A stretch of 60,054 bases of DNA, from the NCBI GenBank assembly GCA_964499905.1, contig CAZCPT010000001.1:1-60054 (forward strand). Direction: 5' to 3'. The stretch's first letter is position 1, and each line of letters starts with the position of its first letter. Made by a program: the position numbers and the translations under genes. The notes under the pieces are model-generated. The model was not told the origin of the DNA and searched no databases. It worked only from the letters and a program-made list of their open reading frames with translations. Positions 1 to 9,762 of the stretch are shown piece by piece. The DNA is from an uncultured Candidatus Saccharibacteria bacterium. GTDB taxonomy: Bacteria; Patescibacteriota; Saccharimonadia; Saccharimonadales; Saccharimonadaceae.

Positions 1-46
1 CATGGTAAGGATGAGGTCACGAGTTCAAATCTCGTTCGCGGCTCCA
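1..46 (+). tRNA. tRNA-Thr(GGT), 5' part cut off by window edge
   Basis: Anticodon loop AT-GGT-AA followed by stem half GGATG, T-arm ACGAG-TTCAAAT-CTCGT, ends in TCCA at 43-46. Confidence 0.9.
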
Positions 47-63
47 TTTTTGTTGACAACTAA

Positions 64-240
64 CTACTTAGCCACGCATCGTATAGCGAGCCCGCTGCTT
101 CTCATGACGCTAGTGTTTGGATAGGCATGACCCTGCTCATCGACGCTTAGGCTGCGCATACCTACGATACCAGACATAGTAGAAGACCAGTAGCCACCGT
201 CGTACCCCTGTTCCACCGGGGCAGCATTATAGAAGCTGCC
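64..240 (-). other. Candidate DGR variable region (VR) at the 3' end of the last FISUMP domain
   Basis: Hand-counted GC about 54% at 61-240 versus about 40% at 841-960 (equivalent part of the previous domain). Many NNC/NNT codons around fixed framework (GGG TAC GAC GGT GGC TAC TGG; AGA AGC AGC GGG CTC GCT ATA CGA TGC). Gene stops right after IRCVAK. Confidence 0.5.
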
Positions 241-3200
241 GGCTAGAGCGAAGGCAGCTCCGTTATCGGTAATAGGCGCTCTCATAAGAGCGTTAAAATT
301 ATATTGATCATATAGAGCTTGGGAATCTCCGGACGAGCCACCGGTTGGAAGTCTCCATCCGGCTGGGCAGATATCATAGCTAGCATTAACGCTATTAGAG
401 CCTCCAGAAATAGTTCCAGCAGAAGCGGCGTGGTAGTTATAAAGGGTACCATATGGAGTGCCGGAAGTTGGGTCTGTGCCGGAAATGTTGATATATTCAC
501 CGGCATTATAAGTGCCAGAACCAGTTGTTTTCTTCCAGCTGTTGAAAGTAGAAGCAGTTACTGTTGTAGAGAGATTAGTGTTGGAACTAGTGAGATCCGT
601 GGTGAGATTCGTGCGCCCGAGATCAAGGTTTTCTGCCATCCAAACCTTCCCGTCTTTCATTTTGGCTATAGCATAGGTTTTGTTGTCACGATTATCGATA
701 AGATTGTAGGTGGTGCTGTCTACCATGGAAGCAAGAACGGTGGTTTTATCATTCGCAGAGAGATTATTGAAGTCCTGCATATAGGCCAGTTTGGAAATTG
801 TCATTGGTTTTAGTATACAGCGAATTGATGCACCATTATTGCGCGCTAGAGCTGCTGTTCTTATATTGCCAGATGGAGAGTTAACTACTAATACATATCT
901 ATTATTTTCTTGTTGTTTTTGCTTTGTCCAATAATACCCTACGCTTCCGGTTTGTACCGGTCCGTAGTATTCGTTTGGCTCGTCGTCTGAGAAGAATCCT
1001 GCTTGTGCTAATGCGGCTTGGCTCGATGACCTCATATTGCTATATGAACTGCTATAACTTGTTAGTAAATCGTCGAACTCGTTTTTAGTTGGCATTCTCC
1101 AGCCGGCAGGGCAGATGTCGTATTCCGCTTCATTGTTGTTGCTACTGCCGGAAATTGTGCCGGCCGAGGCGGCATAGTAATTATATAGCACGCCGTATCT
1201 GGTCTGCGAGGTAGAATCAGTTCCTGTTACTGGTATATAATTTCCGGCCGTGTAGGTATTAGCGCTGACGGTTTTCTTCCAACTATTAAATGTTGTATCC
1301 GTAATATACGTTGCATCGGGAATATTTGTGTCGTCGCTTGTTAGATCGTCATATAGGGTTGTGCTACCTAAGCTTAGATTATCAAGCATCCAGCAGTTGC
1401 CGTCGGCTAATCTTTTGATTTTATAGCTTTGACTATCACGTGAGTCTATCACGGTTTTTACTGTACTTGTACAATCGGATGATTTAATAATTTGCATTTG
1501 CGGCGTAGCACTGGCCGTTACTGTTGCGTTTTGCGAAGTGGTGTATATTGTGGGGTCTTGGTTTTGGCTACCATTTATACTGTTAGCTCCTTCTAGCGTC
1601 CATTGGTTAAAAGTATAACCATTTTCTACTTCAGCTCGGTAATTATATTTTCTCCCTAACTCTAGATTTATAGTATTATTATTTGCTACACTTACGCCAT
1701 TTATGGTCACGCTAGCTATACCCTCACCATAAACTATTGTAACGGGATAAATATTCTTAGATTTAACCTTACAGCGGATTGAATAGCCATAGGCCCTACT
1801 GCCTAATGTGTCACTTGTCACCGCGTTCATATTTAGCACATAATTACTTTCATAGTAGTTTTCGTATGTCCAATAGCGGCCTTTTTCATTTAGCCCTGTA
1901 GGTGCGCCAGTGCTAAATTCTCCAGACATTGTGTGTGAGGCGCCGCCGTTTGCGATTGTATCTCTGATTGTGGTACCATCGTATGTTGGGTTTTGCTTAT
2001 GAATAATTTGACCATAATCTTTGCCATCTTCAATTGTTGGCAACTCCCAGCCGGCAGGGCAAATGTCATACATGGCATCATGCATAAGTTGTCCGAACGA
2101 TCCTCCCGAAATTGTTCCACCTGTTGCAGCGTAATAGTTGTAGAGTGTGCCGTGAGGCGTGCTGTTTACGGAATCGTTTCCGGTTAGCGTGATGAACTCG
2201 CCGTCTGTTAATGTTGAGGTTCCGGATGTTTTCTTCCAGCTATTAAAGGTTGCTGCCGGGATAGTGGTTGCTATGTTTGTATTACTGCTTGTGAGATCTG
2301 TTGTGAGGGTAGTTCGGCCTAAGTCTAGGTTTTCTGCTAGCCAAATATTACCAAAATCTAACTTCGCGATTTGATATGTTTTATTATCTCGATTATCAAT
2401 GAGTTCATATACCGTGTTGCTACTCATAGAATCATAAACGGATTCATACTGTTTTGCTGATAGACTGTCGAAGTCTTGAAGGTAAGTAAGATCATTAATG
2501 GTTGTACTCTTTAATATACATCGTACTGCACCTCTGGTTTCATCAAGAGTACTAACGTTTGTGTCAAAATTATATGTTCCGTCCTTTGAAATTGTAACTT
2601 GTCTCTTTCTTGTTTTTGTATTATATGTTCCATTTAAACCTTGCTGGACTGGTGGGCTACTCATGTTATTTACGCCCGCTGTGAGTGATAATGCCACACC
2701 TCCAGAAGTGGCTGGTTTTCTAAGATCTTCGTATGTTGGATATCTGTCGCTACTTGTTAACGACCTATATTGTGTCTCACTTGCCGTTGTCCACCCAGCT
2801 GGGCACAAATCCTTATTAAAGTTGTTCGTTCCCGTTACGCCTTGTCTATCCATTGCATCAAAACTATATAATGATCCGTACGCGTTTCCTGATATTGGAT
2901 CCCCTCCTGGGATTGGCGAGACGATTGGCTTTGAATTAACCATTCCTGGGCTATATGACATCTTAATCCACTCATTAAATGTCGTTGAAGTAACTGTGTT
3001 TGTTAAATTAGTGTTGCTACTTGTAAGGTTTGTACTAATTGTAGTTCTTCCTAGATCCAGATTCTCCATCATCCAACAGTTACCGTCTTTTAAGAGTTGG
3101 ATAGTATATACACGGTTATCTCTTATATCTTTAACTTTACTTGGGGTTGTAGTGCAAGAAAAGGTTCTTTGGTCCTGCATACTGTTATCTATATGCAATG

Positions 3201-6200
3201 CATTGGCTGTTACCGTGGCGTTTGTAGTTCCAATTTGATAATAGGCGTATTGTGTCCTGGATGGCGTGAAGGTGCCAGATGTTGATGTCCAACTGTTGAA
3301 GCCATAGCTTGGTTCTGGTGTCATGCCAATGACATAACTAGTTCCTTCTTCTAGATTTATAGTGCTACCGTCTGCGATCGTTATGTCGTTTATTGTTATT
3401 TGGGCTACGCCCGTTCCATAATTGACTGTTAATGAATGCACTGCGTTCTTTTTAATACATCGTATTGATGAATAATAAGTGTTTGTTAATGTTGAGCTTG
3501 TATTGATTGAGGATGTGTTGTTTCTTAATTCTAATATAAAAGAATTTGCTGAGCTATTTCTGTTTGATGACCAGTAGTATCCACCATTTGTTTTGGTGCT
3601 ATTACTTGTTGCTCCCGTGTAACTCCCTGACAGATTAAACGCTGCTCCACCAGCATTGAATGGATTTCGCATCTTGGCGTAAGTATTATAGGCTGTCGTA
3701 TTATATAACGTTATAAATTCATTACTTGTTGGAAGCCTCCATCCCGCTGGGCAAATATCGTATATCGGATCGTAACTCCTTATTACGCTATTTACGGTTC
3801 CTCCTGTTGTGGAAGCGTAATTGTATAAAGTCCCATATGGTGTATTTGTTGTGTCGTCTATCCCTTCCTCTGTAACAAATCCACCAGAATATGAGTAAGT
3901 AGGTGTTGTTTTCTTCCAGCCATTAAATGTTGAGGCGGTGACGGTTGATGAAATATTTGTGTTGCTACTTGTGAGATCTGTTGTCAAAGTTGTTCGCCCG
4001 AGATCTAGGTTTTCCATCATCCAGCAATTTCCGTCGGCTAATCTCTGAATAGTGTAGACGCTGTTGTCTCTATTATCGTATACTTTTTCTGCTGTTGATG
4101 TACACTTTGTTGGGTCTAGATTCTGAATCTGATCCATATATCTTGATGTTAGTGTTAGTGTGGTATTACCGGTTATTGTGTATGTTGTAGCGGCTGTTGT
4201 TGTACTACCCAAAGTGCCATTTGCTGTAGTTGCCCAAGTATCAAAGGTGTAAGGATTATTAAAGCTTGGAGTGATGGTATATTCTATACCTTCATACAAC
4301 GATACGGTATTATTGCTTGTCGTGGCTTGTTGAGATGTGTACGTTAGATTATAGAAGCCAACACTGCTGCCGCCGGTATCAAATACTACGGTTACTGTAT
4401 ACGTATTTCTTGCTGTTACAGAAAATTCCAGTGTTGTGTCATCAGTAATAGTGAAGGTCGTAGGGTTCGATGATGCTGAGCCCAATGTCCCATTGGCACC
4501 AGTTGTCCAGCTATTTAATTTGTACCCAACGGCTGTACTTGCCGTGATTTCATATTCGGCGTTTTCTGCTAATTGCACCGTTGGGTTTTCTGAAGTCGCA
4601 GTCACCGTACCATATGTACTGTTATTAAACGTAACGCTTGCCCCATTTGTAGGGATTGTTACTGTTACATCATAAAACTGAGCATTATTCCCGTCGAATA
4701 TACATCTAACTGTAAACGCATCCCATTTATTGTAGTTATTATTTGGCGTGACAGTATTTGATGCGTAGCCCATACGATAGGCGTTTTGATCGCTAAATGC
4801 CGTAGCGCTCCAAATACGCCCGTTTGAATACCCGCTTTTCCTCTGATTGTTGTTGTAATCGCCGGACCACAGCAAATTATTTGGGTAGGATCTTAATCCA
4901 GCGTCTGTATTTGTGCGGCCGCTGTTTGCTTGCGCGTTAAAGGTGACCCATTCGCCAGAATTACCGGTAGGAATGTGCCAGCCAGCAGGGCAGATATCAC
5001 CTTGTACGGTCCCGGAGACGGTGCTTAAAGTGCCGTTACCAGCGGTGGCGGCATACCAGTTATAATAAACGCCATAAGAGTACCACGCTACGCTATTTCC
5101 TGCAGTGTTATAAGATTGTGTGAGATTTCGATTGAGATTGTTGCTATTATATTGGATGATATCTATACATGCCGATGTGTCTGGAGTATTACATAAAGTA
5201 TTTTGACTTGAGGAATTCCCGGCCTGGGTTATAAATGCTGCAGTTGGATTATGGGTATTTGCTGCGGTGATAGTAGCTGTGTGCAAGTCTAATCTGAGGT
5301 TTTCAATTATCCAACAATTACCGTCCGCGAGTTTTGCTACGGCATATGTATTATTGTCACGTACGTCCGTTAGGGCCGTTACTGTATTGTTTGCGAGACT
5401 ACTACATGATTTCCAAGTGTGTAGGTTTCCGGCTGAGGCGATCCATTTTGCGTAGAGCTTTAGGCCAGCGCTTGCTAGATTCGGTGTAGTAATCGCAGCA
5501 TTTGGTCCATAATTTGTACCAGTTCCGTCTGCAGCTGTGTTCCATCCGGCAAACCCGTAACCACTTTTAGAGAAATTTGACGGGATAAGATTAACATTTG
5601 CATTACTATTGGCTGCTTGGTTACTCATTGTGCCTTCATCGGCGCGGTTGCCAAAGTAGCAGATATAACCACTTGGGCAGGTGTCTTCTAGCCATACGGC
5701 ATATAGTATGTTGGTTTGGTTCGATGTCGTATAGCTATCACCGCCTGTATATTCTGCGGTAGGAGAATTTGGCGTTTCGCTCCAGCCTACGAAGCTGTAT
5801 CCCGGTTTATAAGGGATTACATTTGATAATGTGAATGTATAGCTACCAGACGCGGAATAACCGACTTCTGATTCGGGCCCGTCTATGCCGGTATCGATAT
5901 TGTATGTTAGGGTGTATTCATCTTCAACTTGTACTTTTGATGTGAGAGTTAATGTGGCTGTACCTGTTACCGTATAAGTCGTAGCTGCTGTTGTAGTGCT
6001 ACCAAGAGTGCCGTTTGCTGTGGTAGTCCAACTATCGAATGTATAACCTGATGCAAAACTCGGAGAAATTGTATATTCTATACCTTCATAAAGTGTTACT
6101 GTGTCCCCGTTACTCGTGGCTTGTTGCACGCCATATGTAGCATTATAAAACCCTACTGTGTTTGAGTTCGAATCCATATTTACGGTTACTGTATAGGTTG

Positions 6201-8304
6201 GTATTGCCGTGCCAGTTACTGATAGTGTTGTGTCGTCTGATACTGTGTAGGTCGTTGGGTTTTCGTCGTCATCTCCTAGCGTCCCATTACTTCCTGTTGC
6301 CCAGCTAGTAAACCCGTAGCCCAGTGTTGGGTTTGCTGTAATAGTGTAATTCGCTCCGCTTACAAGAGATATAGTGCTACCGCTTATTGACACGGTTGCC
6401 GATCCGTAGTCTTCGTGGTAGAATGTGATGCTTGAAATACCGGTTCCTAGTGTCACCGTCACATCATTATAAAAGGTGTTTCCTCCTTGATACAGACATC
6501 GAACAACAAATCCCATATACTTATTCCAGTTTTTTACAGGGGTAACTGTGGTGATTCCGTAGCCCATGCGATATGCTTTTGCCGTTGCCGCGGCCGTTGC
6601 AGACCATATGCGTCCATATACGTATTGACCAACATCGGATCCGCCGAAGTCTCCGGACCAAACAAAATTTACAGGGTAATCCCTTAGTACTGCGTCGGCG
6701 TTTGTAATCCCGTTATTAGCGGCATCGTTTAATGCTTTATATTCACCACCTGTGTTACCAGTTGGGAGCCTCCAGCCAGCTGGGCAAATGTCACCTGTAA
6801 CTACCCCGCTACTTTTACTATATGTGCCGTTACCTGCGGTTGCAGTAAACCAGTTGTAGTATATACCGTATGAATACCAAGCGCTAGTATTGGTGTTCGT
6901 ATCGTATGACGGTGTCAAACTACGATTTAAATTCCTTGCATTATAAGTGATTTTATCGTCACAAGCCGAACTGTCAGGACTACAAAACGTATTTGTGGTT
7001 GCTGCGGTAGATGTAGCACTTAGAAAGTCTGTGGTTGGGCCATTGGTGTTATTCGCCGTTATGTTAGCTGTGCCCGGGTCTAATCTTAGGTTTTCAATCA
7101 TCCAGCATTTACCATCAGCGAGCTTTGCTATGGCATAGACGTTGTTGTCGCGTGTATCTTTTAGGGCAGTAACAGCGCCAGTTGCGAGATTACTGCAGCC
7201 GGTCCAGGTTTGCATATTGCCGGCCGATTGAATCCATTTAGCGTATAATTTCATCCCTTCGCTGGATATATCTCCGGTCGTTATTGTGGCGTTTGGGCCA
7301 TAATTAGTACCAGTTCCATCCGTTAGGGTGTTCCACCCGGCAAATCCATATCCATTCTTAGAAAAGTTTGAAGGTATTAGAATGGTTTCTGTGTTGCTAG
7401 TGGCGGCTTGATCTGCCATGGTACCTGCATCAGCACGGTTCCCGAAATAACAGATGTAGCCTGCATCGCAAGTGTCTTCTTGCCAGATTGCGTATAGATA
7501 TATTTCGGTATTTGAGCTGAGCTGCATTGTATCGCCTGGTTGATATGTTGCAGCAAGTGCATTTTCGTTTTCACTCCAACCTAAGAATGTATATTCATTT
7601 CGAATTGGCACCGTTGTCGTTATTGTGGTTTGAGTCGCGTCGTATGCTACTTGATCTGTACTTGGCATATTTGAAACTGTATCTTCGGTGTTTTTATCAT
7701 AGAAAATAAGAAAATCGCAAGGGTTTGCGGTGGCCATAACAGTAAATGTTTTTTGGTAGGTTCCTGATGGCACAGAAGTATCTACTATTGCTCCAAAAGT
7801 TAGAGTATAGGTATTTGCAATACTATTTGCTGCATTCGTGGTTGCAATTTCATCTGCTGTAACTAGTGGAACAGCGGAATATGTGGTACCACCGTTGGTG
7901 CTATAACCGTAGTTGTTATCAAAATCGGTTGATTGTAATGTGGTAACAATCGATGGTATTGTAAATGCGTTGTTTGATATGTTCGTAAGCGATGTCGATT
8001 CGCCATTGGCTTTAAATGTAAGCGTGTATCCCGTCCTGTTCGTTGTTGATACATCTATCGTTTGGCTAACTGTTGAAAAATTACCAGGCGTTAGAGATAG
8101 AGTGGCAGAGTTGCTTGGCGAAATTGTAAGTACAGGCGTATGTGACCCGGTTGCGCTAGCCGAATCTAGGCTTTTTGGAATTGGAATTATCATGCTTAAA
8201 AATAGCATGGTTGCTGCAAAAGAAGCTAGAAATCCTAAGGATCCCACGCTAAGACGGAATGCGTAAAGGCGACTTCGCCTCTTTGTTCCACACCTATATC
8301 CCAT
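64..8304 (-). CDS. Giant 2746-aa surface protein: N-terminal membrane anchor, WxL-like domain, several InlB B/Listeria-Bacteroides repeats and seven Fib_succ_major (FISUMP) domains
   Basis: Seven copies of DxRD..Y...L.DG.xW..ENL ... CPAGW..PT ... I/VRC; InlB-B-type motifs (PIRNEYTFLGW, GYGFAGWNT...LYAKW); basic then hydrophobic N-terminus; Thr/Ser/Asn rich. Confidence 0.9.
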   Translation of the reverse strand: MGYRCGTKRRSRLYAFRLSVGSLGFLASFAATMLFLSMIIPIPKSLDSASATGSHTPVLTISPSNSATLSLTPGNFSTVSQTIDVSTTNRTGYTLTFKANGESTSLTNISNNAFTIPSIVTTLQSTDFDNNYGYSTNGGTTYSAVPLVTADEIATTNAANSIANTYTLTFGAIVDTSVPSGTYQKTFTVMATANPCDFLIFYDKNTEDTVSNMPSTDQVAYDATQTTITTTVPIRNEYTFLGWSENENALAATYQPGDTMQLSSNTEIYLYAIWQEDTCDAGYICYFGNRADAGTMADQAATSNTETILIPSNFSKNGYGFAGWNTLTDGTGTNYGPNATITTGDISSEGMKLYAKWIQSAGNMQTWTGCSNLATGAVTALKDTRDNNVYAIAKLADGKCWMIENLRLDPGTANITANNTNGPTTDFLSATSTAATTNTFCSPDSSACDDKITYNARNLNRSLTPSYDTNTNTSAWYSYGIYYNWFTATAGNGTYSKSSGVVTGDICPAGWRLPTGNTGGEYKALNDAANNGITNADAVLRDYPVNFVWSGDFGGSDVGQYVYGRIWSATAAATAKAYRMGYGITTVTPVKNWNKYMGFVVRCLYQGGNTFYNDVTVTLGTGISSITFYHEDYGSATVSISGSTISLVSGANYTITANPTLGYGFTSWATGSNGTLGDDDENPTTYTVSDDTTLSVTGTAIPTYTVTVNMDSNSNTVGFYNATYGVQQATSNGDTVTLYEGIEYTISPSFASGYTFDSWTTTANGTLGSTTTAATTYTVTGTATLTLTSKVQVEDEYTLTYNIDTGIDGPESEVGYSASGSYTFTLSNVIPYKPGYSFVGWSETPNSPTAEYTGGDSYTTSNQTNILYAVWLEDTCPSGYICYFGNRADEGTMSNQAANSNANVNLIPSNFSKSGYGFAGWNTAADGTGTNYGPNAAITTPNLASAGLKLYAKWIASAGNLHTWKSCSSLANNTVTALTDVRDNNTYAVAKLADGNCWIIENLRLDLHTATITAANTHNPTAAFITQAGNSSSQNTLCNTPDTSACIDIIQYNSNNLNRNLTQSYNTAGNSVAWYSYGVYYNWYAATAGNGTLSTVSGTVQGDICPAGWHIPTGNSGEWVTFNAQANSGRTNTDAGLRSYPNNLLWSGDYNNNQRKSGYSNGRIWSATAFSDQNAYRMGYASNTVTPNNNYNKWDAFTVRCIFDGNNAQFYDVTVTIPTNGASVTFNNSTYGTVTATSENPTVQLAENAEYEITASTAVGYKLNSWTTGANGTLGSASSNPTTFTITDDTTLEFSVTARNTYTVTVVFDTGGSSVGFYNLTYTSQQATTSNNTVSLYEGIEYTITPSFNNPYTFDTWATTANGTLGSTTTAATTYTITGNTTLTLTSRYMDQIQNLDPTKCTSTAEKVYDNRDNSVYTIQRLADGNCWMMENLDLGRTTLTTDLTSSNTNISSTVTASTFNGWKKTTPTYSYSGGFVTEEGIDDTTNTPYGTLYNYASTTGGTVNSVIRSYDPIYDICPAGWRLPTSNEFITLYNTTAYNTYAKMRNPFNAGGAAFNLSGSYTGATSNSTKTNGGYYWSSNRNSSANSFILELRNNTSSINTSSTLTNTYYSSIRCIKKNAVHSLTVNYGTGVAQITINDITIADGSTINLEEGTSYVIGMTPEPSYGFNSWTSTSGTFTPSRTQYAYYQIGTTNATVTANALHIDNSMQDQRTFSCTTTPSKVKDIRDNRVYTIQLLKDGNCWMMENLDLGRTTISTNLTSSNTNLTNTVTSTTFNEWIKMSYSPGMVNSKPIVSPIPGGDPISGNAYGSLYSFDAMDRQGVTGTNNFNKDLCPAGWTTASETQYRSLTSSDRYPTYEDLRKPATSGGVALSLTAGVNNMSSPPVQQGLNGTYNTKTRKRQVTISKDGTYNFDTNVSTLDETRGAVRCILKSTTINDLTYLQDFDSLSAKQYESVYDSMSSNTVYELIDNRDNKTYQIAKLDFGNIWLAENLDLGRTTLTTDLTSSNTNIATTIPAATFNSWKKTSGTSTLTDGEFITLTGNDSVNSTPHGTLYNYYAATGGTISGGSFGQLMHDAMYDICPAGWELPTIEDGKDYGQIIHKQNPTYDGTTIRDTIANGGASHTMSGEFSTGAPTGLNEKGRYWTYENYYESNYVLNMNAVTSDTLGSRAYGYSIRCKVKSKNIYPVTIVYGEGIASVTINGVSVANNNTINLELGRKYNYRAEVENGYTFNQWTLEGANSINGSQNQDPTIYTTSQNATVTASATPQMQIIKSSDCTSTVKTVIDSRDSQSYKIKRLADGNCWMLDNLSLGSTTLYDDLTSDDTNIPDATYITDTTFNSWKKTVSANTYTAGNYIPVTGTDSTSQTRYGVLYNYYAASAGTISGSSNNNEAEYDICPAGWRMPTKNEFDDLLTSYSSSYSNMRSSSQAALAQAGFFSDDEPNEYYGPVQTGSVGYYWTKQKQQENNRYVLVVNSPSGNIRTAALARNNGASIRCILKPMTISKLAYMQDFNNLSANDKTTVLASMVDSTTYNLIDNRDNKTYAIAKMKDGKVWMAENLDLGRTNLTTDLTSSNTNLSTTVTASTFNSWKKTTGSGTYNAGEYINISGTDPTSGTPYGTLYNYHAASAGTISGGSNSVNASYDICPAGWRLPTGGSSGDSQALYDQYNFNALMRAPITDNGAAFALAGSFYNAAPVEQGYDGGYWSSTMSGIVGMRSLSVDEQGHAYPNTSVMRSSGLAIRCVAK

Positions 8305-8419
8305 TCTGCTTATATTTTATCAAAATAGCATAAATTATATAGGCTTGAAGTAGATATTTTTTATGTTTAAATATGTTTTTTAACCCCTGTTTTTGAAATG
8401 ACGCCCTTTGTGCTTATAA

Positions 8420-8448
8420 TTGACAATTTATGGTATTTATGCTATAAT
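8420..8448 (+). promoter_or_regulatory. Consensus sigma70 promoter
   Basis: TTGACA (8420-8425), 17-nt spacer ending in TGC, TATAAT (8443-8448). Confidence 0.85.
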
Positions 8449-8483
8449 GTAGTTAAGTATCTTATTTATAGGGGAGGATAAAG

Positions 8484-8612
8484 ATGCTAGCACTTTATGT
8501 GATTGCGTTAATTGTTGGAATGCTGTTTTTATTTGTTGTTTTCTTTCTCTTGGTCGCTCTTGCTGTTGATTTCTTCGTTTGGCTTCTTAGAGGCGGTGGT
8601 CCCGACTTTTAA
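8484..8612 (+). CDS. Small 42-aa hydrophobic membrane peptide (absent from ORF track)
   Basis: MLALYVIALIVGMLFLFVVFFLLVALAVDFFVWLLRGGGPDF; SD GGGGAGG upstream, perfect promoter, terminator downstream. Confidence 0.75.
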   Translation: MLALYVIALIVGMLFLFVVFFLLVALAVDFFVWLLRGGGPDF

Positions 8613-8622
8613 CGTAACCCTA

Positions 8623-8646
8623 GCCCTCGATTCTCGGGGGCATTTT
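8623..8646 (+). terminator. Intrinsic terminator between the peptide gene and the convergent ARH gene
   Basis: GCCCTCGA-TTC-TCGGGGGC hairpin followed by ATTTTT. Confidence 0.7.
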
Positions 8647-9743
8647 TATTCTGGTTCTTTGAAATCCTTATCGCCTTCAAAACGCGTTCGAATAACCGGA
8701 CATTTATCCATTTTGAGTAGTTTATCGGCAATTTCTACTAATTCGTCTGCTTTGTAGATTTCTTCCCGCCATTCTTTTGGTATTTTTTCATAACCATAGT
8801 ATGCTCCAGCAAGTTGCCCATATACTGCGCCATTTGTGTCAGTGTCACCGCCTAGTCTAATGACAGCCATCATGCCGTCTTTAAATGTTTTATAATTAAT
8901 TAATCCCCACATGGCGATTGCAAAAGTATCAACAATGTAGCCGCCTAAATTCGTCAAATTTTTTTCGTCTTTTTTTAGTACACGTCCTACCAAGTTATCG
9001 ATGTTATTGAGCCAAAAATCGTCACAATCTTTGCCTTTAAACCAACGTTCAGCATAGTTATGAATGTTTCTTTTTTCTAGTCCATGTAAGGCACAATATA
9101 ACGTGGTAGCAAACATTTGAGTTATTGTTCTTGCGGCAACGGAGTTATGGGTTTCTTTTGCTGATAATTCGGCCATACGGAGCGTATTTTCTATGTCTTT
9201 CCCATCAATAAATTCACCATCATCATCTTCTGGATCCGCCACAAGTGAGCCATTTTTATAGGCTTCTTTTAAAGTTGGGTATTTTTTATCCGGAAAAGTG
9301 TTTGCTATTATGATTGGTGCTAGACGCATAATTGGACCATTTCCGGCCGACTCGGTTTCTTCGTCTTCTAATACAACTGGATGCCTTTCAAAATCTTCTA
9401 ACGCCCTTAAAGTTTGTGCTCCCACATCTGCAGCTGGTTTATCGTCGTAAGTGCGGTAGCCTTCTTCGCTCCAGGCGAGAAAGCGACGCATGATATCATA
9501 TGAATCATATCCGCCATTTACTAGCAAACTATCTGCGATGCAGAGCGCCATTTCGGTATCGTCCGTCCATACGCCTTTTGGTGCACGGTAATTATCATGA
9601 AATTTTTCAATTTTCTTGCCCATTTCTTTAATATGAAAATCAGAAGGGGCGGGTAAGAATTCCACTGGTGCGCCAAGAGCATCGCCGACGGCTAGCCCCA
9701 CCAACATGCCACGGGCTTTATCTTGATATTTATTATTACTCAT
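8646..9743 (-). CDS. ADP-ribosylglycohydrolase (DraG/ARH family)
   Basis: GLAVGDALG, WTDDTEMAL, GNGPIMR and GGDTDTNGA metal-binding motifs. Confidence 0.92.
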   Translation of the reverse strand: MSNNKYQDKARGMLVGLAVGDALGAPVEFLPAPSDFHIKEMGKKIEKFHDNYRAPKGVWTDDTEMALCIADSLLVNGGYDSYDIMRRFLAWSEEGYRTYDDKPAADVGAQTLRALEDFERHPVVLEDEETESAGNGPIMRLAPIIIANTFPDKKYPTLKEAYKNGSLVADPEDDDGEFIDGKDIENTLRMAELSAKETHNSVAARTITQMFATTLYCALHGLEKRNIHNYAERWFKGKDCDDFWLNNIDNLVGRVLKKDEKNLTNLGGYIVDTFAIAMWGLINYKTFKDGMMAVIRLGGDTDTNGAVYGQLAGAYYGYEKIPKEWREEIYKADELVEIADKLLKMDKCPVIRTRFEGDKDFKEPE

Positions 9744-9762
9744 TTATCTTATTATACGATAT

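Noticed and set aside
2498-3238. 246-aa plus-strand ORF and other short ORFs antisense to long genes
   Set aside because: Shadow ORFs from codon bias of the real genes; no motifs or expression signals
8512-8757. 81-aa ORF from the track
   Set aside because: Crosses the terminator and overlaps the ARH gene; the SD fits the 42-aa ORF at 8484 instead
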